From Spirochaetia bacterium (lineage in GTDB: Bacteria; Spirochaetota; Spirochaetia; SZUA-6; Bin103): a stretch of 64,000 nucleotides of DNA. The notes below the pieces were generated by a model. That model did no database searches. It worked only from the letters and a program-made list of their open reading frames with translations, and had not been told where the DNA came from. The position numbers and the translations under genes are program-made. Positions 1-9,378 of this stretch are shown piece by piece (within the stretch, counting starts at the first letter, position 1; every line of letters begins with the position of its first letter). The stretch spans positions 1,472,001 to 1,536,000 of the forward strand of contig CBDATQ010000002.1 in the NCBI GenBank assembly GCA_965199955.1. Direction: 5' to 3'.

Positions 1-1
1 G

Positions 2-1336
2 CCGCGTGACGAGGGGCCGGTCCTCTGGAGCGACCGGCCTTGGGAGGGCATGATCGGCTACTTCACCGTGCTCAAGGACGGCGACACGTACCGCGCCTAC
101 TACCGCGGCAAGAGCGGCGACGGTCCCGACGGCGGGCCGGACGAGAGCACCTGCTACGCCGAGTCTTCAGACGGCTGCCACTGGACGAAGCCCGATCTCG
201 GTCTGGTGGAGATCGACGGCTCGCGCGACAACAACGTCATCCTGGGTCCGGAATCGCCCGCGGTACGCCACAACTTCGGCCCGTTCCTCGATACCGGCCC
301 CGCGGCCGGCAGCTTCCGGCTCAAGGCGCTGGCAGGCCTGTTCAAACACGACCAGCTCGACGCGACCACCGGCGGCATGCTGCTGTACGGCTCCGAGGAC
401 GGCACACGCTGGCAGCAGCTCCGCGACGAGCCGGTGATCGATCAGTCGCACCGCGGCCCGACGATCAGCGACACCACCTCCGTGCCGACGTTCTGGTCGC
501 AGGTCGAAGGATGCTACGTCGCCTACCTGCGCGACTGGCTCGGTCCGCCCAAGCGACCCGGCCACGCCGGCTCCATCCGGTGGATCGCCCGATCCACCTC
601 GCCCGACCTCCTCGCCTGGACCCCGCTTGCGAAGGTACGCGCGGAGCCGGTGGAGCACCTCTACACCAGCAACGTGCAGCCGTATTTCAGGGCGCCGCAC
701 CTGTCGATCGCCTTCCCGGCGCGCTTCCAGTTCGGGCGGCAGGTGGTGACGGCCGAGGAGTGCCGGAGGCTCGGCCTGACCCCGGACTACGTCGAGGATT
801 GCTCGGACGCGGTGTTCATGACCTCGCGCGGCGGCCTGGATTTCGACCGCACCTTTCCGGAGAGCTTCATCCGCCCCGGCATCGGTCCCAACAACTGGAT
901 CACGCGTACCAACTATCCGGCCACCGGGCTGGTGCCGACCGGCCCGTACGAGATGTCGCTGTACCTGATGCAGGACAACGCCCAGGCGACCGCGCACCTG
1001 CGCCGCTATTCCCTGCGCCTGGACGGCTTCGTCTCGGTGCACGCCCCCTACGCGGGCGGGGAGATGGTCACCAGGCCGCTGACCTTCGCGGGGACGCGGC
1101 TGCTGCTCAACTTTTCCACCTCGTCCGCCGGCAGCATCCGCGTCGAGTTGCAGGACGCGCAGGGCCGGCCTCTTCCAGGCTATACTCTGGGCGAGTCGCG
1201 CGAGCTGATCGGCAATCACATCGATCGAGAGGCAAGCTGGGATTCCGGAGCCGACGTGGCCGCCCTGGCCGGACGGGCGGTGCGGTTGCGCCTTCTCATG
1301 AAGGACGCCGACCTGTTCGCACTGCGCTTCCGGTAG
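2..1336 (+). CDS. Uncharacterised beta-propeller glycoside hydrolase-like protein (GH32/43/130-like fold plus C-terminal beta-domain), 5' partial; paralog 1
   Basis: Frame stays open upstream of ATG 50 to the window edge (PRDEGPVLWSDRPWEGM). Motifs YAESSDGCHWTKPDLGL, NNVI, SEDGTRW, LRLDGFVS, C-terminal GRAVRLRLLMKDADLFALRF are shared with four other genes here. Confidence 0.75.
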   Translation, partial: PRDEGPVLWSDRPWEGMIGYFTVLKDGDTYRAYYRGKSGDGPDGGPDESTCYAESSDGCHWTKPDLGLVEIDGSRDNNVILGPESPAVRHNFGPFLDTGPAAGSFRLKALAGLFKHDQLDATTGGMLLYGSEDGTRWQQLRDEPVIDQSHRGPTISDTTSVPTFWSQVEGCYVAYLRDWLGPPKRPGHAGSIRWIARSTSPDLLAWTPLAKVRAEPVEHLYTSNVQPYFRAPHLSIAFPARFQFGRQVVTAEECRRLGLTPDYVEDCSDAVFMTSRGGLDFDRTFPESFIRPGIGPNNWITRTNYPATGLVPTGPYEMSLYLMQDNAQATAHLRRYSLRLDGFVSVHAPYAGGEMVTRPLTFAGTRLLLNFSTSSAGSIRVELQDAQGRPLPGYTLGESRELIGNHIDREASWDSGADVAALAGRAVRLRLLMKDADLFALRFR

Positions 1337-1375
1337 GCCGGTACAACCGGCGCGAACACTAAGGAGGAATCGACC

Positions 1376-2557
1376 ATGCACAACCTGCCAGGCGATCTGA
1401 TGATCTGCAGTTGGGGAGACACGCTGAATGCCGAGCGCCCGGAGCACGTGCTCGACTCGCCGGAGCGCATCCGCGACGCGCTGGTGAGCTGGAAGGAGAC
1501 CTACGGCATCTTGGGGGTGCTGTGGCGCCAGGAGCGCTGGCTCGCCAAGCTCGCCCGCATCACGGACCGCGCCCGCCGGAACGAGCCCCAGGTCTACGAC
1601 GTGGTGCAGCAGGTGGACGACGCGGCGGCGGCCACCGAGGCGGCCCGCGATGCCGGCGTCAAGATCTACTGCTACGTCGACCTGTACGACGAGGGGCAGC
1701 CGCCGCACTCCGACGCCTACACCCACGGCGCGTTCCAGTGGGAGTCTGAGTTCTTTGCCAACCATCCGGAGTACTACGCGTGCGACCGCACCTGGGACAA
1801 GCGCCACTGGGGGGTGCCGGAGTACACCTACCCGGAGGTGCGCGAGTACAAGTGCCGGGAGGAGCTGGCCTGGCTGGTCGACAGCTACCGCTGGGACGGC
1901 GTCTACATCTCGACGCGCGGCCACCGCATGAACGCCGATCACGGCGACCAGTACGGCTTCAACCTGCCGGTGGCGGAGGCGTTCCGCGAGCGCTACGGCG
2001 TCGACATCCTGACCGAGAACTTCGACCTGGATGCGTGGCGGCGCCTGCGCGGCGAGTCCATCACCCAGTACCTGCGCGACGTCCGGGCGCTCTGCGACGA
2101 GCGCGGCCTGACGCTCGGCATCGGCGTGCCGCCCGGCGACCACTTCGGCCGGCCGATCGGCAACATCCACCTGGACTGGCGGACCTGGATCTCGGAGAAG
2201 ATCATCGACGGCATCAACATCGGCCACGCCAACGTGGTCGGCCAACACCTGCGGACCGGCTACGGCTACGTGCAGAGCTACTTCGACGGCGAATTCGGCC
2301 TGCAGCCGCTGCCGGAGATACTGGGCGAGCAGTACGGCCCGCTCTGCACCAAGCATGGCGTCGGGCTCTGGGCAAGCCTGATGATCCGCGAGCGGCTGGC
2401 GAAGATGTACGGCAGGAAGTACACGAACGAGCTGCTGCGCGCGATCCCTGGCGTCAACGGCCTGTCGTGGAGCTGGGCCAGCAAGGGCGACCGCATGCTG
2501 ACGGTGGACCTTGACGAAGGGCCGATGCCGTCGCCGCTGGCGGCCGAGGGGGTCTGA
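1376..2557 (+). CDS. GHL10/DUF187-like TIM-barrel putative glycoside hydrolase
   Basis: Strong SD (AAGGAGGA, 1361-1368). HPEY...PEYTYPEVR...YRWDGVY and YGFN..V.E.F..RYGVD motifs. Confidence 0.65.
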   Translation: MHNLPGDLMICSWGDTLNAERPEHVLDSPERIRDALVSWKETYGILGVLWRQERWLAKLARITDRARRNEPQVYDVVQQVDDAAAATEAARDAGVKIYCYVDLYDEGQPPHSDAYTHGAFQWESEFFANHPEYYACDRTWDKRHWGVPEYTYPEVREYKCREELAWLVDSYRWDGVYISTRGHRMNADHGDQYGFNLPVAEAFRERYGVDILTENFDLDAWRRLRGESITQYLRDVRALCDERGLTLGIGVPPGDHFGRPIGNIHLDWRTWISEKIIDGINIGHANVVGQHLRTGYGYVQSYFDGEFGLQPLPEILGEQYGPLCTKHGVGLWASLMIRERLAKMYGRKYTNELLRAIPGVNGLSWSWASKGDRMLTVDLDEGPMPSPLAAEGV

Positions 2558-2570
2558 CGCACCCGCCGGA

Positions 2571-2696
2571 TCAGGCGCTCACGAACTGAAAGGCGTACAG
2601 CTTCGCCGAGCGCATGCGCACGTGCAGCCGGACCGGCCGACCGCGGAGCGGACCGATCATCTTGAAGCGCTCCTCCGGCCGGCCGTGGAAGTCGTA
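2571..2696 (-). pseudogene. Collapsed relic of a beta-propeller paralog
   Basis: Minus strand reads YDFHGRPEERFKMIGPLRGRPVRLHVRMRSAKLYAFQFVSA*. The mid-protein ERFKM motif is joined directly to a C-terminus nearly identical to that of 3689..5131 (RPIRLHFDMRSAKLYAFQF). Confidence 0.8.
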
Positions 2697-2710
2697 TCAT
2701 GGGCGTTGCC

Positions 2711-3673
2711 ATGAGAGCCATTCAAATCACGGAGCCGGGCCGGTTCCGGATCGTCGATACGCCGGAGCCAGCCGCGGGCCCGGGCGAGGTGCTGATCGCC
2801 GTGCAGGCTTGCGTGACGTGCCCGCACTGGGACACCACGCTGTTCCGCGGCGTCGACATCTTCGAGCGGCCGGGCCACCCCAAGTACCCGATCCCGGTGG
2901 GCTACCCCGGGCACGAGGTGTCGGGCAGGGTCGAGGCGGTGGGCGAGGGCGTCACGTCGCTGCAGGTCGGGGATCGCGTCGCCACCCTGAAGGCGGGCGG
3001 CGAGAGCAACCCCGGGTTCTACAGCGAGCTCATCGCGCGGCCGGCGGACATGGTCGTCCGCATCCCGGACAACACTTCGTACGAGGCGGCGGCGTCGATG
3101 GAGATGGCCTTCCACATGTCGCCCTACGTGCACGCGCTCGGCGACGTCGCCGGCAAGCGGGTGGGCATCGTCGGCCTGGGGCCGGCCGGCATCATCGCGC
3201 TGCAGATGGTTCGGGCCCAGGGTGCCGGCGCCGTGGTGGCGATCGACTTGGTGCCGGAGCGCCTGGAGCTGGCGCGCACGCTGGGCGCGGACCAGGCGGT
3301 CCGCATCGAGCCGGGCACGCCGGCGGAGCTGGAACGGGAGCCGCTGGAAGCCAGCATCGATTGCACCGGCGCGGCCGCGGGCATGCAGGTGGCGCTGGAC
3401 CACACCGTCGGCGGGCCGGTGTCGCCGTTCGGCGTGATCCACGGAGAGGCGATCTACACGACCCGCCACTGGCGCAACCGCACGGGCATCGCCTCGCGCG
3501 TGGCGCCGGAGGCGCCTGACGCTTCCTACGTGACCGGGCTGTGGGCGGCGGAGAAGCTCAATACCGAGGTGCTGATCGGTGCCCGCCTGCCCTTCGAGCG
3601 CTACGACGAGGGTGTGCAGCTCCTGCTCGCCAAGCAGGCGCTGAAGATCTGCTACCTGCCGCAGGGCACCTGA
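2711..3673 (+). CDS. Zinc-binding medium-chain dehydrogenase (MDR family)
   Basis: GHE motif, GLGPAG NAD-binding motif, DCTG; no four-Cys structural Zn cluster. Alternative start at 2699. Confidence 0.85.
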   Translation: MRAIQITEPGRFRIVDTPEPAAGPGEVLIAVQACVTCPHWDTTLFRGVDIFERPGHPKYPIPVGYPGHEVSGRVEAVGEGVTSLQVGDRVATLKAGGESNPGFYSELIARPADMVVRIPDNTSYEAAASMEMAFHMSPYVHALGDVAGKRVGIVGLGPAGIIALQMVRAQGAGAVVAIDLVPERLELARTLGADQAVRIEPGTPAELEREPLEASIDCTGAAAGMQVALDHTVGGPVSPFGVIHGEAIYTTRHWRNRTGIASRVAPEAPDASYVTGLWAAEKLNTEVLIGARLPFERYDEGVQLLLAKQALKICYLPQGT

Positions 3674-3688
3674 AGCGGCCGCTCCGGA

Positions 3689-5131
3689 TCAGCGGAACTG
3701 GAACGCGTAGAGCTTGGCCGACCGCATGTCGAAGTGCAGGCGGATCGGCCGACCGGTGTGGCTGCCGAGCGAGGGGGAGCCGTCCCAGCTCACGGTGTGG
3801 CGCACGTCGTTGACCATCACGCGGCGGCAGCGTGACAGCTCGAAGCCGGAGAGCGGCCGGCCGGCTTCGTCCCGGACCTCGACCTGCGCCTGTCCCATGG
3901 CGGCGACGTCGATGTTCAGCTCCAGCCGCTCGCCTGCGAAGCGGAGCGGCGGCGTGGTGAGCGTGCCGCCGGTGTAGGCGGCGTCGGCCGACACGAAGCC
4001 GTCCAGGCGCTGCTCCGCCAGGCCGATGCCGTTGCCGTAGCCGCGGTCGCGCCGCTCTTCGTCGCTGAGCGCGCGGAAGCCGCCGTGCGTCCAGGGGCTG
4101 CCGGTGTACATCTGCAGGAACCGGTCGCCGCGGCGCAGGTGGGCGGGCGATGCGTGGATGGTGCCGCCGTCGAAGGTGCCGGGCAGGCCGCGGCCGATGT
4201 ACGGCCGGCGGTCGTAGCGCATCCAGTGGATGCTGTCGCGGCTGGCGGCGAACTGCGCGTCGTTGAGCCCGTCGTTGCGCACCGTGGTCTCGCCCTCGCC
4301 GAAGTGCTGGTAGGTCATCGGGAACATGAAGTAGGCGTCCTCGGCGTGGGGGTACGGCAGCACGTCGTGGTGGTAGATGTCGGAGTCGGGCGGATCGTGC
4401 TCGTCGGCGGCCAGCACGGTGCGGATCTTCTCCTCCGGCCACGGTGCGGTCAGATCGTCCACCTCGATGCGGCCGATGGAGCGGCCGGGGCGCAGCATCT
4501 GCGGCGCGACCACCGGCGGGTCGCTCGCGACCGGTTCGACGAACGGGTACATCGGCGTGCCGTCGTCGGCGACGATCAGTTTCAGCCATGCGACGTAGCG
4601 GCCGATGCGCCCGTCCCAGTACGCTTGTTTGGGCGTATCCGGCTTCAGGCCGGATACCAGGTCCTCGGGAAGCGACCAGCGTAGCCCGTCCGGTGAGGCG
4701 CCGACGCGGATGCCCGCGCCGCGCACCTGCTCCACCATCTTGAAGCGCTCGGCCTCTGCGCCGTTCGGATCGATGAAGATGTACGGGAGCTTGCAGTCGG
4801 CCAGCACGATGTTGTTGCGCTTCGAGCCGTCGTACTCCACCAAGCCCAGCTCCGGCTTCTCCCAGGTGCGCCCGTCCTCCGACATCGCGTAGCACAGGTG
4901 CCACCGGCCGCCGGCCCACTGGTCCCTGTCCGACGCGGCATACCACAGCTTGAACGCGCCTTCGTCCTCCAGCACGCAGCTCCAGCCGATGGAGAACGAC
5001 TCCCAGTGGTGCTCACCGCGCAGCACCGGGCCGGGCAGCTTGACCGGCGGGTTGACGGTGAGCTCGACGTCCCGAGCCTCACCGACGAAGCGATGGTCGA
5101 TGAAGAGCTGCTTGCGATTGCCGACGTCCAA
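3689..5131 (-). CDS. Beta-propeller glycoside hydrolase-like protein; paralog 2
   Basis: Likely TTG start at 5131 with GGAGG SD 7 nt upstream. KQLFID, YAMSEDGRTWEKPELGL, RLDGFVS, LYAFQF. Confidence 0.75.
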   Translation of the reverse strand: MDVGNRKQLFIDHRFVGEARDVELTVNPPVKLPGPVLRGEHHWESFSIGWSCVLEDEGAFKLWYAASDRDQWAGGRWHLCYAMSEDGRTWEKPELGLVEYDGSKRNNIVLADCKLPYIFIDPNGAEAERFKMVEQVRGAGIRVGASPDGLRWSLPEDLVSGLKPDTPKQAYWDGRIGRYVAWLKLIVADDGTPMYPFVEPVASDPPVVAPQMLRPGRSIGRIEVDDLTAPWPEEKIRTVLAADEHDPPDSDIYHHDVLPYPHAEDAYFMFPMTYQHFGEGETTVRNDGLNDAQFAASRDSIHWMRYDRRPYIGRGLPGTFDGGTIHASPAHLRRGDRFLQMYTGSPWTHGGFRALSDEERRDRGYGNGIGLAEQRLDGFVSADAAYTGGTLTTPPLRFAGERLELNIDVAAMGQAQVEVRDEAGRPLSGFELSRCRRVMVNDVRHTVSWDGSPSLGSHTGRPIRLHFDMRSAKLYAFQFR

Positions 5132-5194
5132 CCTCGGTCCTCCCCTGAAGCGCCCAGGGTAGCGTGGTTCGAGCCGGGTCTCCAGTCGTCGTGT

Positions 5195-5403
5195 CCGTTG
5201 ATCGGAAGCTTCCCGACTGGCTGGGCTATGGCTGCATTCGAGTACCGTCAGGCTGAGGAAATCCGGGATGCCTTGCACCGGCACGGCGTCCGCTACCTCT
5301 TCATCATAGCCAGCAAGGAGGCCGCCAACCGGGGAAGGATCGCGAGTCGCTGCCTCGACTTCGGTCGTTCCGCGATTATTGGGAGCTCAACCGCCGTAGG
5401 TAG
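5195..5403 (+). pseudogene. Collapsed relic of a probable nucleotidyltransferase toxin-antitoxin-like gene pair
   Basis: MAAFEYRQAEEIRDALHRHGVRYLFI (ATG 5228) is joined to IASKEAANR and then, after a frameshift, KDRESLPRLRSFRDYW...* (5403). This resembles the N- and C-termini of a minimal nucleotidyltransferase-like family. An overlapping upstream partner tail reads KLPDWLGYG. Confidence 0.55.
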
Positions 5404-5448
5404 AGTCCGCTGGCGGCCCGTGCGGTTACGCGGGGACTGCCGTAGCCG

Positions 5449-6945
5449 TCAGTAATACCGGCGTCCGAATGGCGAGTACTCGGGGGGCGGCCGGCGGAAG
5501 TGCGGCCGCGCGGCGGCAGCGGCCAGGTCGTCGCCGTCGAGCATCGCCTCGTCGCCGTGGCGGCGGCACCAGTCGACCAGGTACGAGCGCAGCGAGCGCC
5601 GCCGGGACGCGGCCGGCTCGGATGCCGATCCGGACAGGTCGCACAGCTCGTGCGGGTCGGCGTCCAGGTCGAAGAGCTCCTCGACCGCGCCGTCCTGGTG
5701 GTAGATGTACTTCCAGCGCTGGTCGCGCACCATGTACTGTTGCCGGGGAGCGTCGTGGCACTGGGCGACCAGGGCGTCCCGCACCGGCCCCTCGCCGCGC
5801 AGCATCGCCGACAGGTCGAGGCCGTCGATCCCCGCCGGCACCGGCTCACCGGCCGCCGCCAGCAGGGTCGGCATCAGGTCGTGCAGCCCGATCAAGCCGT
5901 CCTCGCGGCGGCCCTCCGGCAGCGTCCCCGGCTGGCTGGCGATCAGCGGCACGCACGCCGAGCCCTCGTAGAAGGTCTCCTTGAAGTAGTGCCCGAAGTC
6001 TCCGAGCATCTCGCCGTGGTCGGCGGTGAACACCACCAGCGTGTCCTCGCGCAGGCCGCGCTGCTCCAGAAAGTCCAGCAGCCGGCCGACCTGCAGGTCC
6101 TGGAAGGTGACCAGCCCGTAGTAGTGCGCCTTGATCGTGCGCCTCGCCTGCGGGGAGAGCTTGTTCCACTCGTACTCCTCCGGCCGGCTGGCCAGCGCCG
6201 TGAGGCCGCGCTCGGCCAGCAGCTCGACGCTGCCGGTCGGATCGGGCATCTGCCGCGGGTCGTAGCGCGCGTCGAACGGCCGCGGCGGATCGAAGGCGCT
6301 GTGAGGCTTGGGAAACGAGGCGAACAGGAAGAACGGCCGGCCGCGATGCTCCTGCAGGTGCCGGTCCAGGTGATGGATGGCTCGCGTGGCGACCCAGGCG
6401 TCCACGTAGTGCTCGCTCGGCATCTGGCTGGCCGACGCGAACACGTCGTTGTTGCCCAAGCCGTTGGCGCGCGAGTAGCCGCCCCAGCCGACCTCGTGCA
6501 GGTAGTCGAGGTAGTCCTCCAGGCCGCGCAGCCGTCCCTCCGGGTCCCACTTGCCCAGCGCCCGGCCCGATTCCGCCACCTCCGCCACCTGGAAGCCGTG
6601 CGTGACGCGCGGCTCGCCCGGCGGCGCGTACGGCAGGTAGTGCAGCTTGCCGGTGGAGTAGGTGCGGTAGCCGGCCGCGGCCAGCTCGGCCGGCAGCAGC
6701 GGGAAGCCGGGGAGAATGGCGCCCTCGTTGTTCTTGGTGCCCGTGCAGCGGTGCGGGTAGCAGCCGGTCGCGAGCGCCGCCCGCGCCGGGACGCAGATCG
6801 GCGCGGGGGTGTAGCAGGCGGTGCAGTTCACGCCGCTCTGCGCCAGCCGGTCCAGGTTGGGCGTGTCTGTCACCGGGTTGCCGTTGCAGGCCAGCGCGTC
6901 GGCGCGGAGCTGGTCGGCCATGATCAGCAGGATGTTCGTGGGCAT
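5449..6945 (-). CDS. Cys-type sulfatase (choline/aryl-sulfatase-like)
   Basis: NILLIMADQ, CVPAR (CxPxR), GKLH, ADHGEMLG, ELFDL..DP.E. Confidence 0.93.
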   Translation of the reverse strand: MPTNILLIMADQLRADALACNGNPVTDTPNLDRLAQSGVNCTACYTPAPICVPARAALATGCYPHRCTGTKNNEGAILPGFPLLPAELAAAGYRTYSTGKLHYLPYAPPGEPRVTHGFQVAEVAESGRALGKWDPEGRLRGLEDYLDYLHEVGWGGYSRANGLGNNDVFASASQMPSEHYVDAWVATRAIHHLDRHLQEHRGRPFFLFASFPKPHSAFDPPRPFDARYDPRQMPDPTGSVELLAERGLTALASRPEEYEWNKLSPQARRTIKAHYYGLVTFQDLQVGRLLDFLEQRGLREDTLVVFTADHGEMLGDFGHYFKETFYEGSACVPLIASQPGTLPEGRREDGLIGLHDLMPTLLAAAGEPVPAGIDGLDLSAMLRGEGPVRDALVAQCHDAPRQQYMVRDQRWKYIYHQDGAVEELFDLDADPHELCDLSGSASEPAASRRRSLRSYLVDWCRRHGDEAMLDGDDLAAAAARPHFRRPPPEYSPFGRRYY

Positions 6946-6967
6946 GGATGCGGTTCCGGTGGACAGC

Positions 6968-7086
6968 CTATCCCTTGAGCGACCCCAGTGTGAGCCCCTT
7001 GATGAAGGATGGGCAACGCCAGCGGCAGGTAGATGCGCACGAATATCCTGAAATAGCCGGCGCCGTCCATCTTGGCGGACTCCCGG
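6968..7086 (-). pseudogene. Collapsed relic of a carbohydrate ABC permease
   Basis: EAA loop ESAKMDGAGYFRIFVRIYLPLALP is joined out of frame to the C-terminus FIKGLTLGSLKG* (compare GIMVGSLKA* of intact permeases in this window). Confidence 0.85.
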
Positions 7087-7090
7087 CGAT

Positions 7091-9378
7091 TCAGTCCATC
7101 GGCCAGCGAAAGCGGCGCAGTCCGGCCAGCAAGTGGCGAGGACCCGACTCGTACGTGCCGATCACGTCCGGGCCGCGCGGGTCGGCGCTCCGGGCGGCCA
7201 GCCAGCGCAGGAACACGCCGAAGACGTCGCCTTCCAGCCACGCCCCCTCCGGGTCCAGCGGGGTGCCGCGATAGGGGTAGAAGTGGCCGCCGGCCGAGAA
7301 CGGCCACACCGCCTGCTCGATGGCGATCCCGCCCCAGCGGACGAGGGCCTCGCGCAGCACGGCGTGCGCCCGTCCATAGGCATCCGCCGCCTCTGCCGAT
7401 GCGCCGCGGATCAGGTACAGCTCCTCTCCCTGGTAGAGCAGCTCGAGCCCGTGCAGGAACCGGCGCTCGATCCGAAACCACTCGGCCAGCGCGGCGGTCC
7501 GCTCGCGGTCGATGTCCTGAATGCCTGCGCCCAGCAGCGCCTCCAGCTCGGCGACGTTCTGATCGAGCCACGCCAGGGCGTCCGCCAGATCGCGCTGAAA
7601 GCGCGGATACTCCTGGTAGTTGTAGACGAACTCGCGGTGCATGAACGCGGGATTGGCCAGGAACTTGTGGGTGAGCTTGTCGTTCAGGAGCAGCATGTCG
7701 AAGCCGAACGGGTAGAGGAATCCGGTGTGGCCGCCCACCCCGTCCGCCTTGGCCGCGTATCCCTGGTAGTCCCGGTAGGTCGGATCGCCGGCCACGTGGA
7801 CTGACGGACCCAGGCGGTAGATCCGCCCGGCCCGCTGCAGGCAACGGCCGGCCACGTCGCGCGCTCCGGCGCCGAAGTTCCGCTCCAGCCAGCGCTCCTT
7901 GAGGAGCTCCACGTCGTCCCGGAAGGGATTCCAGAGCAGCCTCCAATGCAGGTCGAGGTTGATCCCGAAGCCGATGTTGTCCTCCATGGCGGCGTAGTCG
8001 CCGAACCGCTCGCCGGGCAGCCAGCCGCCGTGCAGGACGACGCCGTGCACGCCCGCCCGGCCCCAGTCGCGGTAGAAGCGGGCGACCCGGTCCACCATGT
8101 CGTTGGGAAAGCAGCCGGAGCGCGGGTGCAACTCCACGAGCTGGCACATCTTGGGGACGACCCGCCGCCCGCGGCCGGTCCACAGGGCGATCTGCGGGTT
8201 GGGATCCTCGCGCAGGTTGGTGTCGGTCGACACGGTGTAGGGCATGAAGATCACGTCTGGCGGGGTCTGGCGATCGACGTACTCGGCCGCCAGCGGCGAC
8301 TTGATCGGCTGGAAGTCCCAGACGTTGCGCACCACCTCGGCGTCCGGCCGGACCCGCTTGACGGCGGCGTGGACGAGATCGAATGCCCAGGTGTGGAAGA
8401 ACCGCACGGCGGAGCTGCCGCGCGCCGCCCGCGGTCCGCCGATGCGGAAGCCGGCCGGCAGGTCCGCTTCGTAGCGCCGCAGGGCGTCGGTACAGCGTTC
8501 GCATCCGCACGGCGATCCGAAACCGCCCTCCGCGGAGGTGTACACGACGACCCCGGAGAGCTCCGGGAACAGCTCGAAGGTGCGCTCGTAGGTCAAGCGG
8601 ACGATCTGCTGCATACGTTCGGAGGACAGGCAGAGCGAGAGCTCCTTGCCGGCGTCGATGTCGCCCGTCACCACTTCACAGGCGTAATGCGCGCGCGCCA
8701 GCGTCAGGATCGGAAAGCCCCATTCGTAGCGGCTGAGGAACACCTGCACGCCCAGCTCGCGAAGCTCGGCCAGGCGGCGGCGATACGCGTCCACCTGACG
8801 TTCGATCTCGGCCGGCGGTTGCTGCAGGTGCGGGAACCGGCCGCGGTAGCTGCGTTGCTCCCACCACCGCAGATCAGGCCAGTCGTCCGGCGTGACGCCG
8901 GCGAGGAGTCGTCGCGGAGCGGCGGCACCATCTTGAACGCGCGCAGGGCGAAGTGCGGGCCGTCGCGCTCGTCCAGCCCCTCCAGGGCGCTGAGGTCGGC
9001 GGTCCCGGCCTCGGCGATGCGCGCGGCCAGCTCGTCGGCGCCGTACAGCACGCCCAACGGTCCGGTGCCCGCCACGGCCAGCAGCCGCCTGCCGCCATCC
9101 GCCAGCAGGCGCAGGTGGAACCCCTCCTCGGGGGTGGACGGCCGCACCGGCGACACGTCGACGGCGCCGCTCCGGGCCAGATCGGCGATCCACGGGTTGC
9201 TGGCCGTGGTGCCTGCGACGACCATGTCTCCCCCCGGACGGTCTCCGGTGGCAACTCCGCTGGTTGCTCCCGCGGCGGCGAAACGCCGCGCCGATCAACT
9301 CCGCGGCGCTACGGTCCGCACGCGTGGCGCGCGGACCCAGGTGGATGGTCCAGTTCGTCAGGGCTCGCTGCCGCTCAC
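7091..9378 (-). pseudogene. Frameshifted glycoside-hydrolase-like gene (GH20/GH67-type N-terminal domain plus catalytic barrel)
   Basis: EEGFHL...AVAGTGPLGVLYGA..L...PHFALR lies in the 8704..9225 frame. The flanking protein-like sequence lies in the 7091..9298 frame. Frameshifts near 9360, 9265 and 8900. Confidence 0.6.
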
